From the NCBI GenBank assembly GCA_964016885.1, contig OZ024740.1, positions 40,672,001 to 40,736,000 of the forward strand: a DNA stretch of 64,000 nucleotides, read 5' to 3'. Positions within the stretch are counted from its first letter, which is position 1. Each line of letters opens with the position of its first letter. The notes below the pieces were generated by a model. That model was not told where the DNA came from, made no database searches, and saw only the letters and a program-made list of their open reading frames with translations. Below are positions 40,201 through 55,200 of the stretch, piece by piece. The position numbers and the translations under genes are program-made. This DNA is from Eledone cirrhosa. Lineage: Eukaryota.

Positions 40201-43200
40201 AGTGGCACCAACTGGCATCACACTCTACCTCCCAGCCCCATAGTGGCACCAGCTGGCATCACACTCCACCTCCCAGCACCAAAATGGCACCAACTGGCAT
40301 CACACTCTACCTCCCAGCCCCACAGTGGCACCAACTGGCATCACACTCTACCTCCCAGGGTCACAGTGGAACTAACTGGCATCACACTCCACCCCACAAC
40401 TCAAGAGTGGCACCAACTGGCATCACACTCTACTTCCCAGCCCCACAGTGGCACCAACTGGCATCACACTCCACCTCCCAGCTCCAGAGTGGCACCAACT
40501 GGCATCACACTCCACCACCAGCCCCACGGTGGCACCAACTGGCATCACACCGCACACCCCAACTCCACTGTGGCACCAACTGGCATCTCACTCTACCTCC
40601 CAACTCCACAGTGGAACCAGCTGACATCACACTCCACCTCCCAGCTCCACAGCAGCACCAACCGGCATTACACTCCACCTCCCAGCACCACAGTGGGACC
40701 AACTGGCATCACACTCCACCCCCAGCACCACAGTGGGACCAACTGGCATCACACTCCACCCCCAGCACCACAATGGCACCAACTGGCATCACACTCCACC
40801 CCCAGCACCACAATGGCACCAACTGGCATCACACTCCACCCCCAGCCCCACGGTGGCACCAACTGGCATCACACCGCACACCCCAACTCCACTGTGGCAC
40901 CAACTGGCATCTCACTCTACCTCCCAACCACACAGTGGCACCAGCTGACATCACACTCTACCTCCCAGCCCCACAGTGGGACCAACTGGCATCACACCCC
41001 ACCTCCCAGCACCACAGTGGCACCAACTGGCATCACACTCTACCTCCCAGTCCCATAGTGGTACCAACTGGCATCACACTCCACCTCCCAGCACCACAAT
41101 GGCACCAACTGGCATCACACTCCACCCCCAGCACCACAGTGGGACCAACTGGCATCACACTCCACCCCCAGCACCACAGTGGGACCAACTGGCAACACAC
41201 TCCACCCCCAGCACCACAGTGGGACCAACTGGCATCACACTCCACCGCCCAGCACCACAGTGGGTCCAACTGGCATCACACTCCACCCCCAGCACCACAG
41301 TGGGACCAACTGGCATCACACTCCACCTCCCAGCACCACAGTGGGTCCAACTGGCATCACACTCCACCCCCAGCACCACAGTGGGACCAACTGGCATCAC
41401 GCTCCACCTCCCAGCACCACAGTGGGACCAACTGGCATCACACTCCACCCCCAGCCCCACAGTGGCACCAACTAGCATCACACACCACCACCAGCACCAC
41501 AGTGGGACCAACTGGCATCACACTCCACCCCCAGCACCACAGTGGCACCAACTGGCATCACACTCCACCCCCAGCACCACAGTGGGACCAATTGGCATCA
41601 CACTCCACCTCCCAGCACCACAGTGGCTCCAACTGGCATCACACTCCACCTCCCAGCACCACAGTGGGACCGACTAGCATCACACTCCACCCGGAGCCCC
41701 ACAGTGGGACCAACTGGCATCACAATCCACCTCCCAGCACCACAATGGCACCAACTGGCAACACACTCTACCTCCCAGCCCCACAGTGGCACCAACTGGC
41801 ATCACACTCGACCTCCCAGCACCACAGTTGGACCAACTGGCATCACACTCCACCTCCCAGCACCACAGTGGGACCAACTGGCATCACACTCCACCTCCCA
41901 GCACCTCAGTGGGACCAACTGGCATCACACTCTACCTCCCAGGGTCACAGTGGCACCAACTGGCATCACACCCCACCTCCCAACTCCAAAATGGCACCAA
42001 CTGGCATCACACTCTACCTCCCAGGGTCACAGTGGCACCAACTGGCATCACACCCCACCTCCCAACTCCACAGTGGCACCAACTGGCATCACACTCCACC
42101 ACCAGCCCCACGGTGGCACCAACTGGCATCACACCGCACACCCCAACTCCACCGTGGCACCAACTGGCATCTCACTCTACCTCCCAACTCCACAGTGGAA
42201 CCAGCTGACATCATACTCCACCTCCCAGCTCCACAGCAGCACCAACTGGCATGACGATCCACCTCCCAGCGCTGCAGTGGCACCAACTGGCATCACACTC
42301 CACCCCCAGCCCCACGGTGGCACCAACTGGCATCACACCGCACACCCCAACTCCACTGTGGAACCAACTGGCATCTCACTCTACCTCCCAACTCCACAGT
42401 GGCACCAGCTGACATCACACTCTACCTCCCAGCCCCACAGTGGCACCAACTGGCATCACACCCCACCTCCCAGCACCACAGTGGTACCAACTGGCATCAC
42501 ACTCTACCTCCCAGCACCACAGTGGCACCAACTGGCATCACACTCTACCTCTCAGCCCCACAGTGGCACCAACTGGCATCACACTCTACCTCCCAGTCCC
42601 ATAGTGGTACCAACTGGCATCACACTCCACCTCCCAGCACCACAATGGCACCAACTGGCATTACACTCCACCTCCCAGCACCACAGTGGGACCAACTGGC
42701 ATCACACTCCACCCCCAGCACCACAGTGGGACCAACTGGCATCACACTCCACCTCCCAGCTCCACAGTGGGACCAACTGGCATCACACTCCACCCCCAGC
42801 ACCACAGTGGGACCAACTGGCATCACACTCCACCTCCCAGCTCCACAGTTGGACCAACTGGCATCACACTCCACCGCCCAGCACCACAGTGGGACGAACT
42901 GGCATCACACTCCACCTCCCAGCACCACAATGGCACCAACTGGCATCACACCCCACCTCCCAGCACCACAGTGGCACCAACTGGCATCACACTCTACCTC
43001 CCAGCCCCACAGTGGCACCAACTGGCATCACACTCCACATCCCAGCACCACAGTGGGACCAACTGGCATCACACTCCACCCCCAGCACCACAGTGGGACC
43101 AACTGGCATCACACTCCACCTCCCAGCACCACAGTGGCTCCAACTGGCATCACACTCCACCTCCCAGCACCACAGTGGGACCAACTGGCATCACACTCCA

Positions 43201-46200
43201 CCCCCATCTCCACAGTGGCACCAACTAGCATCACACACCACCCCCAGCACCACAGTGGGACCAAGTGGCATCACACTCCACCCCCAGCACCACAGTGGGA
43301 CCAACTGGCATCACACTCCACCCCCAGCACCACAGTGGGACCAACTGGCATCACACTCCACCTCCCAGCACCACAGTGGCTCCAACTGGCATCACAATCC
43401 ACCTCCCAGCACCACAGTGGGACCAACTGGCATCACACTCCACCTCCCAGCACCACAGTGGGACCAACTGGCATCACACTACCTCCCAGGGTCACAGTGG
43501 CATCAACTGGCATCACACCCCACCTCCCAACTCCACAGTGGCACCAACTGGCATCATACTCTACCTCCCAGGGTCACAGTGGCACCAACTGGCATCACAC
43601 CCCACCTCCCAACTCCACAGTGGCACCAACTGGCATCACACTCCACCTCCCAGCACCACAGTGGCACCAACTGGCATCACAGTCCACCCCCAGCTCCACA
43701 GTGACCCAACTGGCATCACAATCCACCTCCCAGCCCCACAGTGGCACCAACTGGCATCACACACCAACTCCCAGCTCCACAGTGGCACCAACTGGCATCA
43801 CACTCCACCTCCCAACTCCAGAGTGCCACCAACTGGCATCAAACTCTACCTCCCAGCTCCATAGTGGCACCAACTGGCATCACACTCTACCTCCCAGCTC
43901 CACAGTGGCACCAACTGGCATCTCCCCCCCCCCCCCCCCGCACCACAGTGGCACCAAGTGGCAATACACTATACCTCGCAGCCCCGCAGTGGCACCAACT
44001 GGCATTACACTCTACCTCCCAGCCCCACAGTGGCACCAACTTGCATCACACCCCACATCCCAGCTCCACAGTGGCACTAACTGGCATCACACTCCACCCC
44101 CAGCACCACAGTGGCACCAACTGGCATCACACCCCACCCCCAGCCCCACAACGGCACCAACTGGCATCACACTCTACCCCCCAGCCCCACAGTGGCACCA
44201 ACTGGCATCACACTCCACCTCCCAAATCCACAGTTGCACCAACTGGCATCACACTCCCCCCTCCCCCCTCCGCTCCACAGTGGCACCAAGTGGCATTACA
44301 CTCTACCTCGCAGCCCCACAGTGGCACCAACTGGCATCACACTCCACCTCCCAGCCCCATAGTGGCACCAGCAGGCATCACACTCCACCTCCCAGCACCA
44401 AAATGGCACCAACTGGCATCACACTCTACCTCCCAGCCCCACAGTGGCACCAACTGGCATCACACTCTACCTCCCAGCCCCATAGTGGCACCAGCAGGCA
44501 TCACACTCCACCTCCCAGCACCAAAATGGCACCAACTGGCATCACACTCTACCTCCCAGCCCCACAGTGGCACCAACTGGCATCACACTCTACCTCCCAG
44601 GGTTACAGTGGGACTAACTGGCATCACACTCCACCACCCAACACCACAGTGACACCAACTGGCATCACACTCCAACTCCGAACCCCACAGTGGCACCAAC
44701 TGGCAACACACTCCACCCCCAGCACCACAGTGGGACCAACTGGCAACACACTCCACCCCCAGGACCACAATGGAACCAACTGGCAGCACACTCCACCTCC
44801 CAGCTCCACAGTGGCACCAACTGGCATCACACACCACCTCCCAGCACCACAGTGGGACCAACTGTCATCACACTCAACCTCCCAGCACCACAGTGGCACC
44901 AACTGGCATCACACTCCACCCCCAGCACCACAGTGGCACCAACTGGCATCACACTCCACCCCCAGCACCACAGTGGCACCAACTGGCATCACACTCTACC
45001 TCCCAGCCCCATAGTGGTACCAACTGGCATCACACTCCACCCCCAGCACCACAGTGGCACCAACTGGCATTACACTCCACCTCCCAACTCCACAGTGGGA
45101 CCAACTGGCATCACACTCCACCCCCAGCACCACAGTGGCACCAACTGGCATCACACTCCACCCCCAGCACCACAGTGGCACCAACTGGCATCACACTCCA
45201 CCCCCAGCACCACAGTGGCACCAACAGGCATGACGATCCACCTCCCAGCCCCGCAGTGGCACCAACTGGCATCACACTCCACCTCCCAGTCCCATAGTGG
45301 TACCAACTGGCATCACACTCCACCTCCCAGCACCACAATGGCACCAACTGGCATTACACTCCACCTCCCAGCACCACAGTGGGACCAACTGGCATCACAC
45401 TCCACCCCCAGCATCACAGTGGGACCAACTGGCATCACACTCCACCCCCAGCACCACAGTGGGACCAACTGGCATAACACTCCACCCCTAGCCCCACAGT
45501 GGGACCAACTGGCATCACACTCCACCTCCCAGCACCACAATGGCACCAACTGGCATCACACCCCACCTCCCAGCACCACAGTGGGACCAACTGGCATCAC
45601 ACTCCACCCCCAGCACCACAGTGGGACCAACTGGCATCACACTCCACCTCCCAGCACCACAGTGGCTCCAACTGGCATCACGCTCCACCTCCCAGCACCA
45701 CAGTGGGACCAACTGGCATCACACTCCACCCCCAGCTCCACAGTGGGACCAACTGGCATCACACTCCACCCCCAACACCACAGTGGGACCAACTAGCATC
45801 ACACTCCACCCCCAGCACCACAGTGGGACCAATTGGCATCACACACCACCTCCCAGCACCACAGTGGCTCCAACTGGCATCACACTCCACCTCCCAGCAC
45901 CACAGTGGGACCAACTAGTATCACACTCCACCCGCAGCTCCACAGTGGGACCAACTGGCATAACAATCCACCTCCCAGCACCACAATGGCACCAACTGGC
46001 ATCACACTCTACCTCCCAGCCCCACAGTGGCACCAACTGGCATCACACTCCCCCTCCCAGCACCACAGTTGGACCAACTGGCATCACACTCCACCTCCCA
46101 GCACCACAGTGGGACCCAACTGGCATCACACTCCACCTCCCAGCACCACAGTGGGACCAACTGGCATCACACTCTACCTCCCAGGGTCACAGTGGCACCA

Positions 46201-49200
46201 ACTGCCATCACACCCCACCTCCCAACTCCACAGTGGCACCAACTGGCATCACACTCTACCTCCCAGGGTCACAGTGGCACCAACTGGCATCACACCCCAC
46301 CTCCCAACACCACAGTGGCACCAACTGGCATCACACTCCACCTCCCAGCACCACAGTGGCACCAACTGGCATCACACTCTACCCCCCAACACCACAGTGG
46401 CACCAACTGGCATCACACACCACCTCCCAGCCCCACAGTGGCACCAACTGGCATCACACTCTACCTCCCAACACCACAGTGGCACCAACTGGCATCACAG
46501 TCCACCCCCAGCACCACAGTGGGACCAATTGGCATCACACTCCACCTCTCAACCCCACAGTGGCACCAACTGGCATCACACACCACCTCCCAGTTCCACA
46601 GTGGCACCAACTGGAATCACACTCCACCTCCCAACTCCACAGTGGCACCAACTGGCATCAAAATCCACCCCCCAACTCCACAGTGGCACCAACTGGCATA
46701 ACACTCTACCTCCCAACCCCACAGTGGCACCAACTGGCATCACACTCTACCACCCAGCCCCATAGTGGCACCAGCTGGCATCACACTCCACCTCCCAGCA
46801 CCAAAATGGCACCAACTGGCATCACACTCTACCTCCCAGCCCCACAATGGCACCAACTGGCATCACACTCTATCTCCCAGGGTCACAGTGGGACTAACTG
46901 GCTTCACACTCCACCACCCAACACCACAGTGACACCAACTGGCATCACACTCCACCTCCGAACCCCACAGTGGCACCAACTGGCATCACACCCCACCCCC
47001 AGCACCACAGTGGGACCAACTAGCATCACACTCCACCCCCAGCACCACAGTGGGACCAATTGGCATCACACACCACCTCCCAGCACCACAGTGGCTCCAA
47101 CTGGCATCACACTCCACCTCCCAGCACCACAGTGGGACCAACTAGTATCACACTCCACCCGCAGCTCCACAGTGGGACCAACTGGCATAACAATCCACCT
47201 CCCAGCACCACAATGGCACCAACTGGCATCACACTCTACCTCCCAGCCCCACAGTGGCACCAACTGGCATCACACTCCCCCTCCCAGCACCACAGTTGGA
47301 CCAACTGGCATCACACTCCACCTCCCAGCACCACAGTGGGACCCAACTGGCATCACACTCCACCTCCCAGCACCACAGTGGGACCAACTGGCATCACACT
47401 CTACCTCCCAGGGTCACAGTGGCACCAACTGCCATCACACCCCACCTCCCAACTCCACAGTGGCACCAACTGGCATCACACTCTACCTCCCAGGGTCACA
47501 GTGGCACCAACTGGCATCACACCCCACCTCCCAACACCACAGTGGCACCAACTGGCATCACACTCCACCTCCCAGCACCACAGTGGCACCAACTGGCATC
47601 ACACTCTACCCCCCAACACCACAGTGGCACCAACTGGCATCACACACCACCTCCCAGCCCCACAGTGGCACCAACTGGCATCACACTCTACCTCCCAACA
47701 CCACAGTGGCACCAACTGGCATCACAGTCCACCCCCAGCACCACAGTGGGACCAATTGGCATCACACTCCACCTCTCAACCCCACAGTGGCACCAACTGG
47801 CATCACACACCACCTCCCAGTTCCACAGTGGCACCAACTGGAATCACACTCCACCTCCCAACTCCACAGTGGCACCAACTGGCATCACACACCACCCCCC
47901 AACTCCACAGTGGCACCAACTGGCATAACACTCTACCTCCCAACCCCACAGTGGCACCAACTGGCATCACACTCTACCACCCAGCCCCATAGTGGCACCA
48001 GCTGGCATCACACTCCACCTCCCAGCACCAAAATGGCACCAACTGGCATCACACTCTACCTCCCAGCCCCACAATGGCACCAACTGGCATCACACTCTAT
48101 CTCCCAGGGTCACAGTGGGACTAACTGGCTTCACACTCCACCACCCAACACCACAGTGACACCAACTGGCATCACACTCCACCTCCGAACCCCACAGTGG
48201 CACCAACTGGCATCACACCCCACCCCCAGCACCACAGTGGCACCAACTGGCATCACACTCTACCTCCCAGCCCCACAGTGACACCAACTGAGATCACACT
48301 CCACCTCACAGCTCCACAGTGGAACCAACTGGCATCACCCCCACCTGCAAGCCCCACAGGGGCATCAACTATCATCACACTCTACCTTCTAACTCCACAG
48401 TGTCACCAAGTGACATCACACTCCACCTCCCAACTGCAAAGTGGCACCAACTGGCATCACACTCTACCTCCCAGCCCCACAGTGGTACCAACTGACATCA
48501 CACTCCACCTCCCAAACCCACAGTGGCACCAACTGGCATCACACTCCACCTCCAAGCCCCACAGTGGGACCAACTGGCATCACACCCCAACTCCCAACAC
48601 CACAGTGGCCCCAGCTGGCATCACACACCACCTCCCAACACCACAGTGGCACCAACTTGCATCACACTCCACCCCCAGCTCGACAGTTGTACCAACTGGT
48701 TTCACACTCCACCCCCAGCCCCACAGTGGTACCAACTGGCATCACACTCCCCCCTCCCCTCCACAGTGGCACCAACTGCTATCGCACTCCACCTGCCAGC
48801 TCCATAGTGGCACCAACTGGCATCGCACTCCACCTGCCAGCTCCACAGTGGGACCAACTGGCAACACACACCACCTCCCAGCTCCACAGTGACACCAACT
48901 GGCATCACACTCCAACTCCCAGCCCCACAGTGGCACCAACTGGCATCACACTCCACCTCCCAACTCCAGAGTGCCACCAACTGGCATCAAACTCTACCTC
49001 CCAGCTCCATAGTGGCACCAACTGGCATCACACTCTACCTCCCAGCTCCACAGTGGCACCAACTGGCATCGCCCCCCCCCCCCGAACCACAGTGGCACCA
49101 AGTGGCATCACACTATACCTCGCAGCCCCACAGTGGCACCAACTGGCATCACACTCTACCTCCCAGCCCCACAGTGGCACCAACTTGCATCACACCCCAC

Positions 49201-52200
49201 ATCCCAGCCCCACAGTGGCACTAACTGGCATCACACTCCACCCCCAGCACCACAGTGGCACCAACTGGCATCACACCCCACCCCCAGCTCCACAGTGGCA
49301 CCAACTGGCATCACACTCTACCCCCCAGCACCACAGTGGCACCAACTGGCATCACACTCCACCTCCCAACTCCACAGTGGCACCAACTGGCATCACACCC
49401 CATGACCCAGCACCACATTGGCACCAACTGGCATCACACTCCACCTCCCAAATCCACAGTTGCACCAACTGGCATCACTCTCCACCCCCCTCCGCCCCAC
49501 AGTGGCACCAAGTGGCATTACACTCTACCTCGCAGCCCCACAGTGGGAACAACTGGCATCACACTCTACCTCCCAGCCCCACAGTGGCACCAACTTGCAT
49601 CACACCCTACCCCCCAGCCCCACAGTGGCACCAACTGGCATCACACTCCACCTCCCAGCTCCGCAGTTGGACCAACTGGGATCACATTACACCACTCAAC
49701 TCCACAGTGGCACCAACTGGCATCACACTCTACCTCCCAGCCCCACAGTGGCACCAACTGGCATCACACTCCACCCCCAGCCCCACGGTGGCACCAACTG
49801 GCATCACACCGCACACCCCAACTCCACTGTGGCACCAACTGGCATCTCACTCTACCTCCCAGGGTCACAGTGGAACTAACTGGCATCACACTCCACCCCA
49901 CAACTCAAGAGTGGCACCAACTGGCATCACACTCTACTTCCCAGCCCCACAGTGGCACCAACTGGCATCACACTCCACCTCCCAGCTCCAGAGTGGCACC
50001 AACTGGCATCACACTCCACCACCAGCCCCACGGTGGCACCAACTGGCAACACACCGCACACCCCAACTCCACTGTGGCACCAACTGGCATCTCACTCTAC
50101 CTCCCAACTCCACAGTGGAACCAGCTGACATCACACTCCACCTCCCAGCTCCACAGCAGCACCAACTGGCATGACGATCCACCTCCCAGCGCTGCAGTGG
50201 CACCAACTGGCATCACACTCCACCCCCAGCCCCACGGTGGCACCAACTGGCATCACACTCTACCTCCCAGCCCCACAGTGGCACCAACTGGCATCACACT
50301 CTACCTCTCAGCACCACAGTGGCACCAACTGGCATCACACTCTACCTCCCAGTCCCATAGTGGTACCAACTGGCATCACACTCCACCTCCCAGCACCACA
50401 ATGGCACCAACTGGCATTACACTCCACCTCCCAGCACCACAGTGGGACCAACTGGCATCACACTCCACCCCCAGCACCACAGTGGGACCAACTGACATCA
50501 CACTCCACCCCCAGCACCACAGTGGGACCAACTGGCAACACACTCCACCCCCAGCACCACAGTGGGACCAACTGGCATCACACTCCACCGCCCAGCAACA
50601 CAGTGGGTCCAACTGGCATCACACTCCACCTCCCAGCACCACAGTGGGACGAACTGGCATCACACTCCACCTCCCAGCACCACAATGGCACCAACTGGCA
50701 TCACACCGCACCTTCCAGCACCACAGTGGCACCAACTGGCATCACACTCCACCTCCCAGCACCACAGTGGCACCAACTGGCATCACACTCTACCTCCCAG
50801 CCCCACAGTGGCACCAACTGGCATTACACTCCACCTCCCAGCACCACAGTGGGACCAACTGGCATCACACTCCACCCCCAGCACCACAGTGGGACCAACT
50901 GGCATCACACTCCACCCCCAGCACCACAGTGGCACCAACTGGCATCACACTCCACCTCCCAGCACCACAGTGGGACCAACTGGCATCACACTCCACCCCC
51001 AGCACCACAGTGGGACCAACTGGCATCACACTCCACCTCCCAGCACCACAGTGGCTCCGACTGGCATCACACTCCACCTGCCAGCACCAAAGTGGGACCA
51101 ACTGGCATCACACTCCACCCCCAGCTCCACAGTGGCACCAACTAGCATCACACACCACCCCCAGCACCACAGTGGGACCAACTGGCATCACACTCCACCC
51201 CCAGCACCACAGTGGGACCAACTGGCATCACACTCCACCCCCAGCACCACAGTGGGACCAACTGGCATCACAATCCACCTCCCAGCACCACAATGGCACC
51301 AACTGGCATCACACCCCACCTCCCAGCACCACAGTGGGACCAACTGGCATCACACTCCACCCCCAGCCCCACAGTGGCACCAACTAGCATCACACTCCAC
51401 CTCCCAGCACCACAGTGGCTCCAACTGGCATCACAATCCACCTCCCAGCACCACAGTGGCTCCAACTGGCATCACACTTCACCTCCCAGCACCAAAGTGG
51501 GACCAACTGGCATCACACTCCACCCCCAGCTCCACAGTGGCACCAACTAGCATCACACACCACCCCCAGCACCACAGTGGGACCAACTGGCATCACACTC
51601 CACCCCCAGCTCCACAGTGGGACCAACTGGCATCACACTCCACCTCCCAGCACCACAGTGGGACCAACTGGCATCACACTACCTCCCAGGGTCACAGTGG
51701 CATCAACTGGCATCACACCCCACCTCCCAACTCCACAGTGGCACCAACTGGCATCATACTCTACCTCCCAGGGTCACAGTGGCACCAACTGGCATCACAC
51801 CCCACCTCCCAACTCCACAGTGGCACCAACTGGCATCACACTCCACCTCCCAGCCCCACAGTGGCACCAACTGGCATCACACTCCAACTCCCAGCTCCAC
51901 AGTGGCACCAACTGGCATCACACTCCACCTCCCAGCACCACAATGGCACCAACAGGCATCACACTCCACCTCCCAGCACCACAATGGCACCAACTGGCAA
52001 CACACTCCACCTCCCAGCACCACAATGGCACCAACTGGCATTACACTCCACCTCCCAGCACCACAGTGGGACCAACTGGCATCACACTCCACCCCCAGCA
52101 TCACAGTGGGACCAACTGGCATCACACTCCACCTCCCAGCTCCACAGTGGGACCAACTGGCATCACACTCCAACCCCAGCACCACAGTGGGACCAACTGG

Positions 52201-55200
52201 CATCACACTCCACCCCCAGCACCACAGTGGGACCAACTGGCATCACACTCCACCGCCCAGCACCACAGTGGCTCCAACTGGCATCACACTCCACCTCCCA
52301 GCACCACAGTGGGACCAACTGGCATAACACTCCACCCCTAGCACCACAGTGGGACGAACTGGCATCATACTCCACCTCCCAGCACCACAGTGGGACCAAC
52401 TGATATCACATTCCACCCCCAGCACCACAGTTGGACCAACTGGCATCACACTCCACCCCCAGCACCAGAGTGGGACCAACTGGCATCACACTCCACCTCC
52501 CAGCACCACAGTGGCTCCAACTGGCATCACGCTCCACCTCCCAGCACCACAGTGGGACCAACTGGCATCACACTCCACCTCCCAGCACCACAGTGGGACC
52601 AACTGGCATCACACTACCTCCCAGGGTCACAGTGGCATCAACTGGCATCACACCCCACCTCCCAACTCCACAGTGGCACCAACTGGCATCATACTCTACC
52701 TCCCAGGGTCACAGTGGCACCAACTGGCATCACACCCCACCTCCCAACTCCACAGTGGCACCAACTGGCATCACACTCCACCTCCCAGCACCACAGTGGC
52801 ACCAACTGGCATCACACTCTACCTCCCAACACCACAGTGGCACCAACTGGCATCACAGTCCACCCCCAGCTCCACAGTGGAACCAACTGGCATCACAGTC
52901 CACCCCCAGCTCCACAGTGGGACCAACTGGCATCACAATCCACCTCCCAGCCCCACAGTGGCACCAACTGGCATCACACACCAACTCCCAGCTCCACAGT
53001 GGCACCAACTGGCATCACACTCCACCTCCCAACTCCAGAGTGCCACCAACTGGCATCAAACTCTACCTCCCAGCTCCATAGTGGCACCAACTGGCATCAC
53101 ACTCTACCTCCCAGCTCCACACTGGCACCAACTGGCATCTCCCCCCCCCCCCGCACCACAGTGGCACCAAGTGGCATTACACTATACCTCGCAGCCCCAC
53201 AGTGGCACCAACTGGCATTACACTCTAACTCCCAGCCCCACAGTGGCACCAACTTGCATCACACCCCACATCCCAGCTCCACAGTGGCACTAACTGGCAT
53301 CACACTCCACCCCCAGCACCACAGTGGCACCAACTGGCATCACACCCCACCCCCAGCTCCACAACGGCACCAACTGGCATCACACTCTACCCCCCAGCCC
53401 CACAGTGGCACCAACTGGCATCACACTCCACCTCCCAAATCCACAGTTGCACCAACTGGCATCACACTCCCCCCTCCCCCCTCCGCCCCACAGTGGTACC
53501 AAGTGGCATTACACTCTACCTCGCAGCCCCACAGTGGCACCAACTTGCATCGCACCCTACCTCCCAGCCCAACAGTGGCACCAACTGGCATCACACTCCA
53601 CCTCCCAGCCCCATAGTGGCACCAGCAGGCATCACACTCCACCTCCCAGCCCCACAGTGGCACCAACTGGCATCACACTCCTCCCCCAGCACCACAGTGG
53701 CACCAACTGGCATCACACTCTACCTCCCAGCCCCACAGTGGCACCAACTGGCATCACACTCTACCTCCCAGGGTTACAGTGGAACTAACTGGCATCACAC
53801 TCCACCACCCAACACCACAGTGACACCAACTGGCATCACACTCCAACTCCGAACCCAACAGTGGCACCAACTGGCAACACACTCCACCCCCAGCACCACA
53901 GTGGGACCAACTGGCAACACACTCCACCCCCAGCACCACAGTGGCACCAACAGGCATCACACTCCACCCCCAGCACCACAGTGGCACCAACTGGCATCAC
54001 ACTCCACCCCCAGCACCACAGTGGCACCAACAGGCATGACGATCCACCTCCCAGCCCCGCAGTGGCACCAACTGGCATTACACTCTACCTCCCAGCCCAA
54101 CAGTGGCACCAACTGGCATCACACTCCACCTCCCAGCTCCGCAGTTGCACCAACTGGGATCACACACCACCACTCAACTCCACAGTGGCACCAACTGGGA
54201 TCACACTCCACCTCCCAGCACCAAAATGGCACCAACTGGCATCACACTCTACCTCCCAGCCCCACAGTGGCACCAACTGGCATCATACTCTACCTCCCAG
54301 GGTTACAGTGGAACTAACTGGCATCACACTCCACCACCCTACACCACAGTGACACCAACTGGCATCACACTCCACCTCCGAACCCCACAGTGGCACCAAC
54401 TGGCATCACACTCCACCCCCAGCACCACAGTGGCACCAACAGGCATGACGATCCACCTCCCAGCCCCGCAGTGGGACCAACTGGCATCACACTCGACCTC
54501 CCAGCACCACAATGGCACCAACTGGCATCACACTCCACCTCCCAGCACCACAATGGCACCAACTGGCAACACACTCCACCTCCCAGCACCACAATGGCAC
54601 CAACTGGCATTACACTCCACCTCCCAGCACCACAGTGGGACCAACTGGCATCACACTCCACCCCCAGCATCACAGTGGGACCAACTGGCATCACACTCCA
54701 CCTCCCAGCTCCACAGTGGGACCAACTGGCATCACACTCCAACCCCAGCACCACAGTGGGACCAACTGGCATCACACTCCACCCCCAGCACCACAGTGGG
54801 ACCAACTGGCATCACACTCCACCGCCCAGCACCACAGTGGCTCCAACTGGCATCACACTCCACCTCCCAGCACCACAGTGGGACCAACTGGCATAACACT
54901 CCACCCCTAGCACCACAGTGGGACGAACTGGCATCATACTCCACCTCCCAGCACCACAGTGGGACCAACTGATATCACATTCCACCCCCAGCACCACAGT
55001 TGGACCAACTGGCATCACACTCCACCCCCAGCACCAGAGTGGGACCAACTGGCATCACACTCCACCTCCCAGCACCACAGTGGGACCAACTGGCATCACA
55101 CTCCACAGTGGCACCAACTATCATCACACACCACCACCAGCACCACAGTGGGACCAACTGGCATCACACACCACCCCCAGCACCACAGTGGGACCAACTA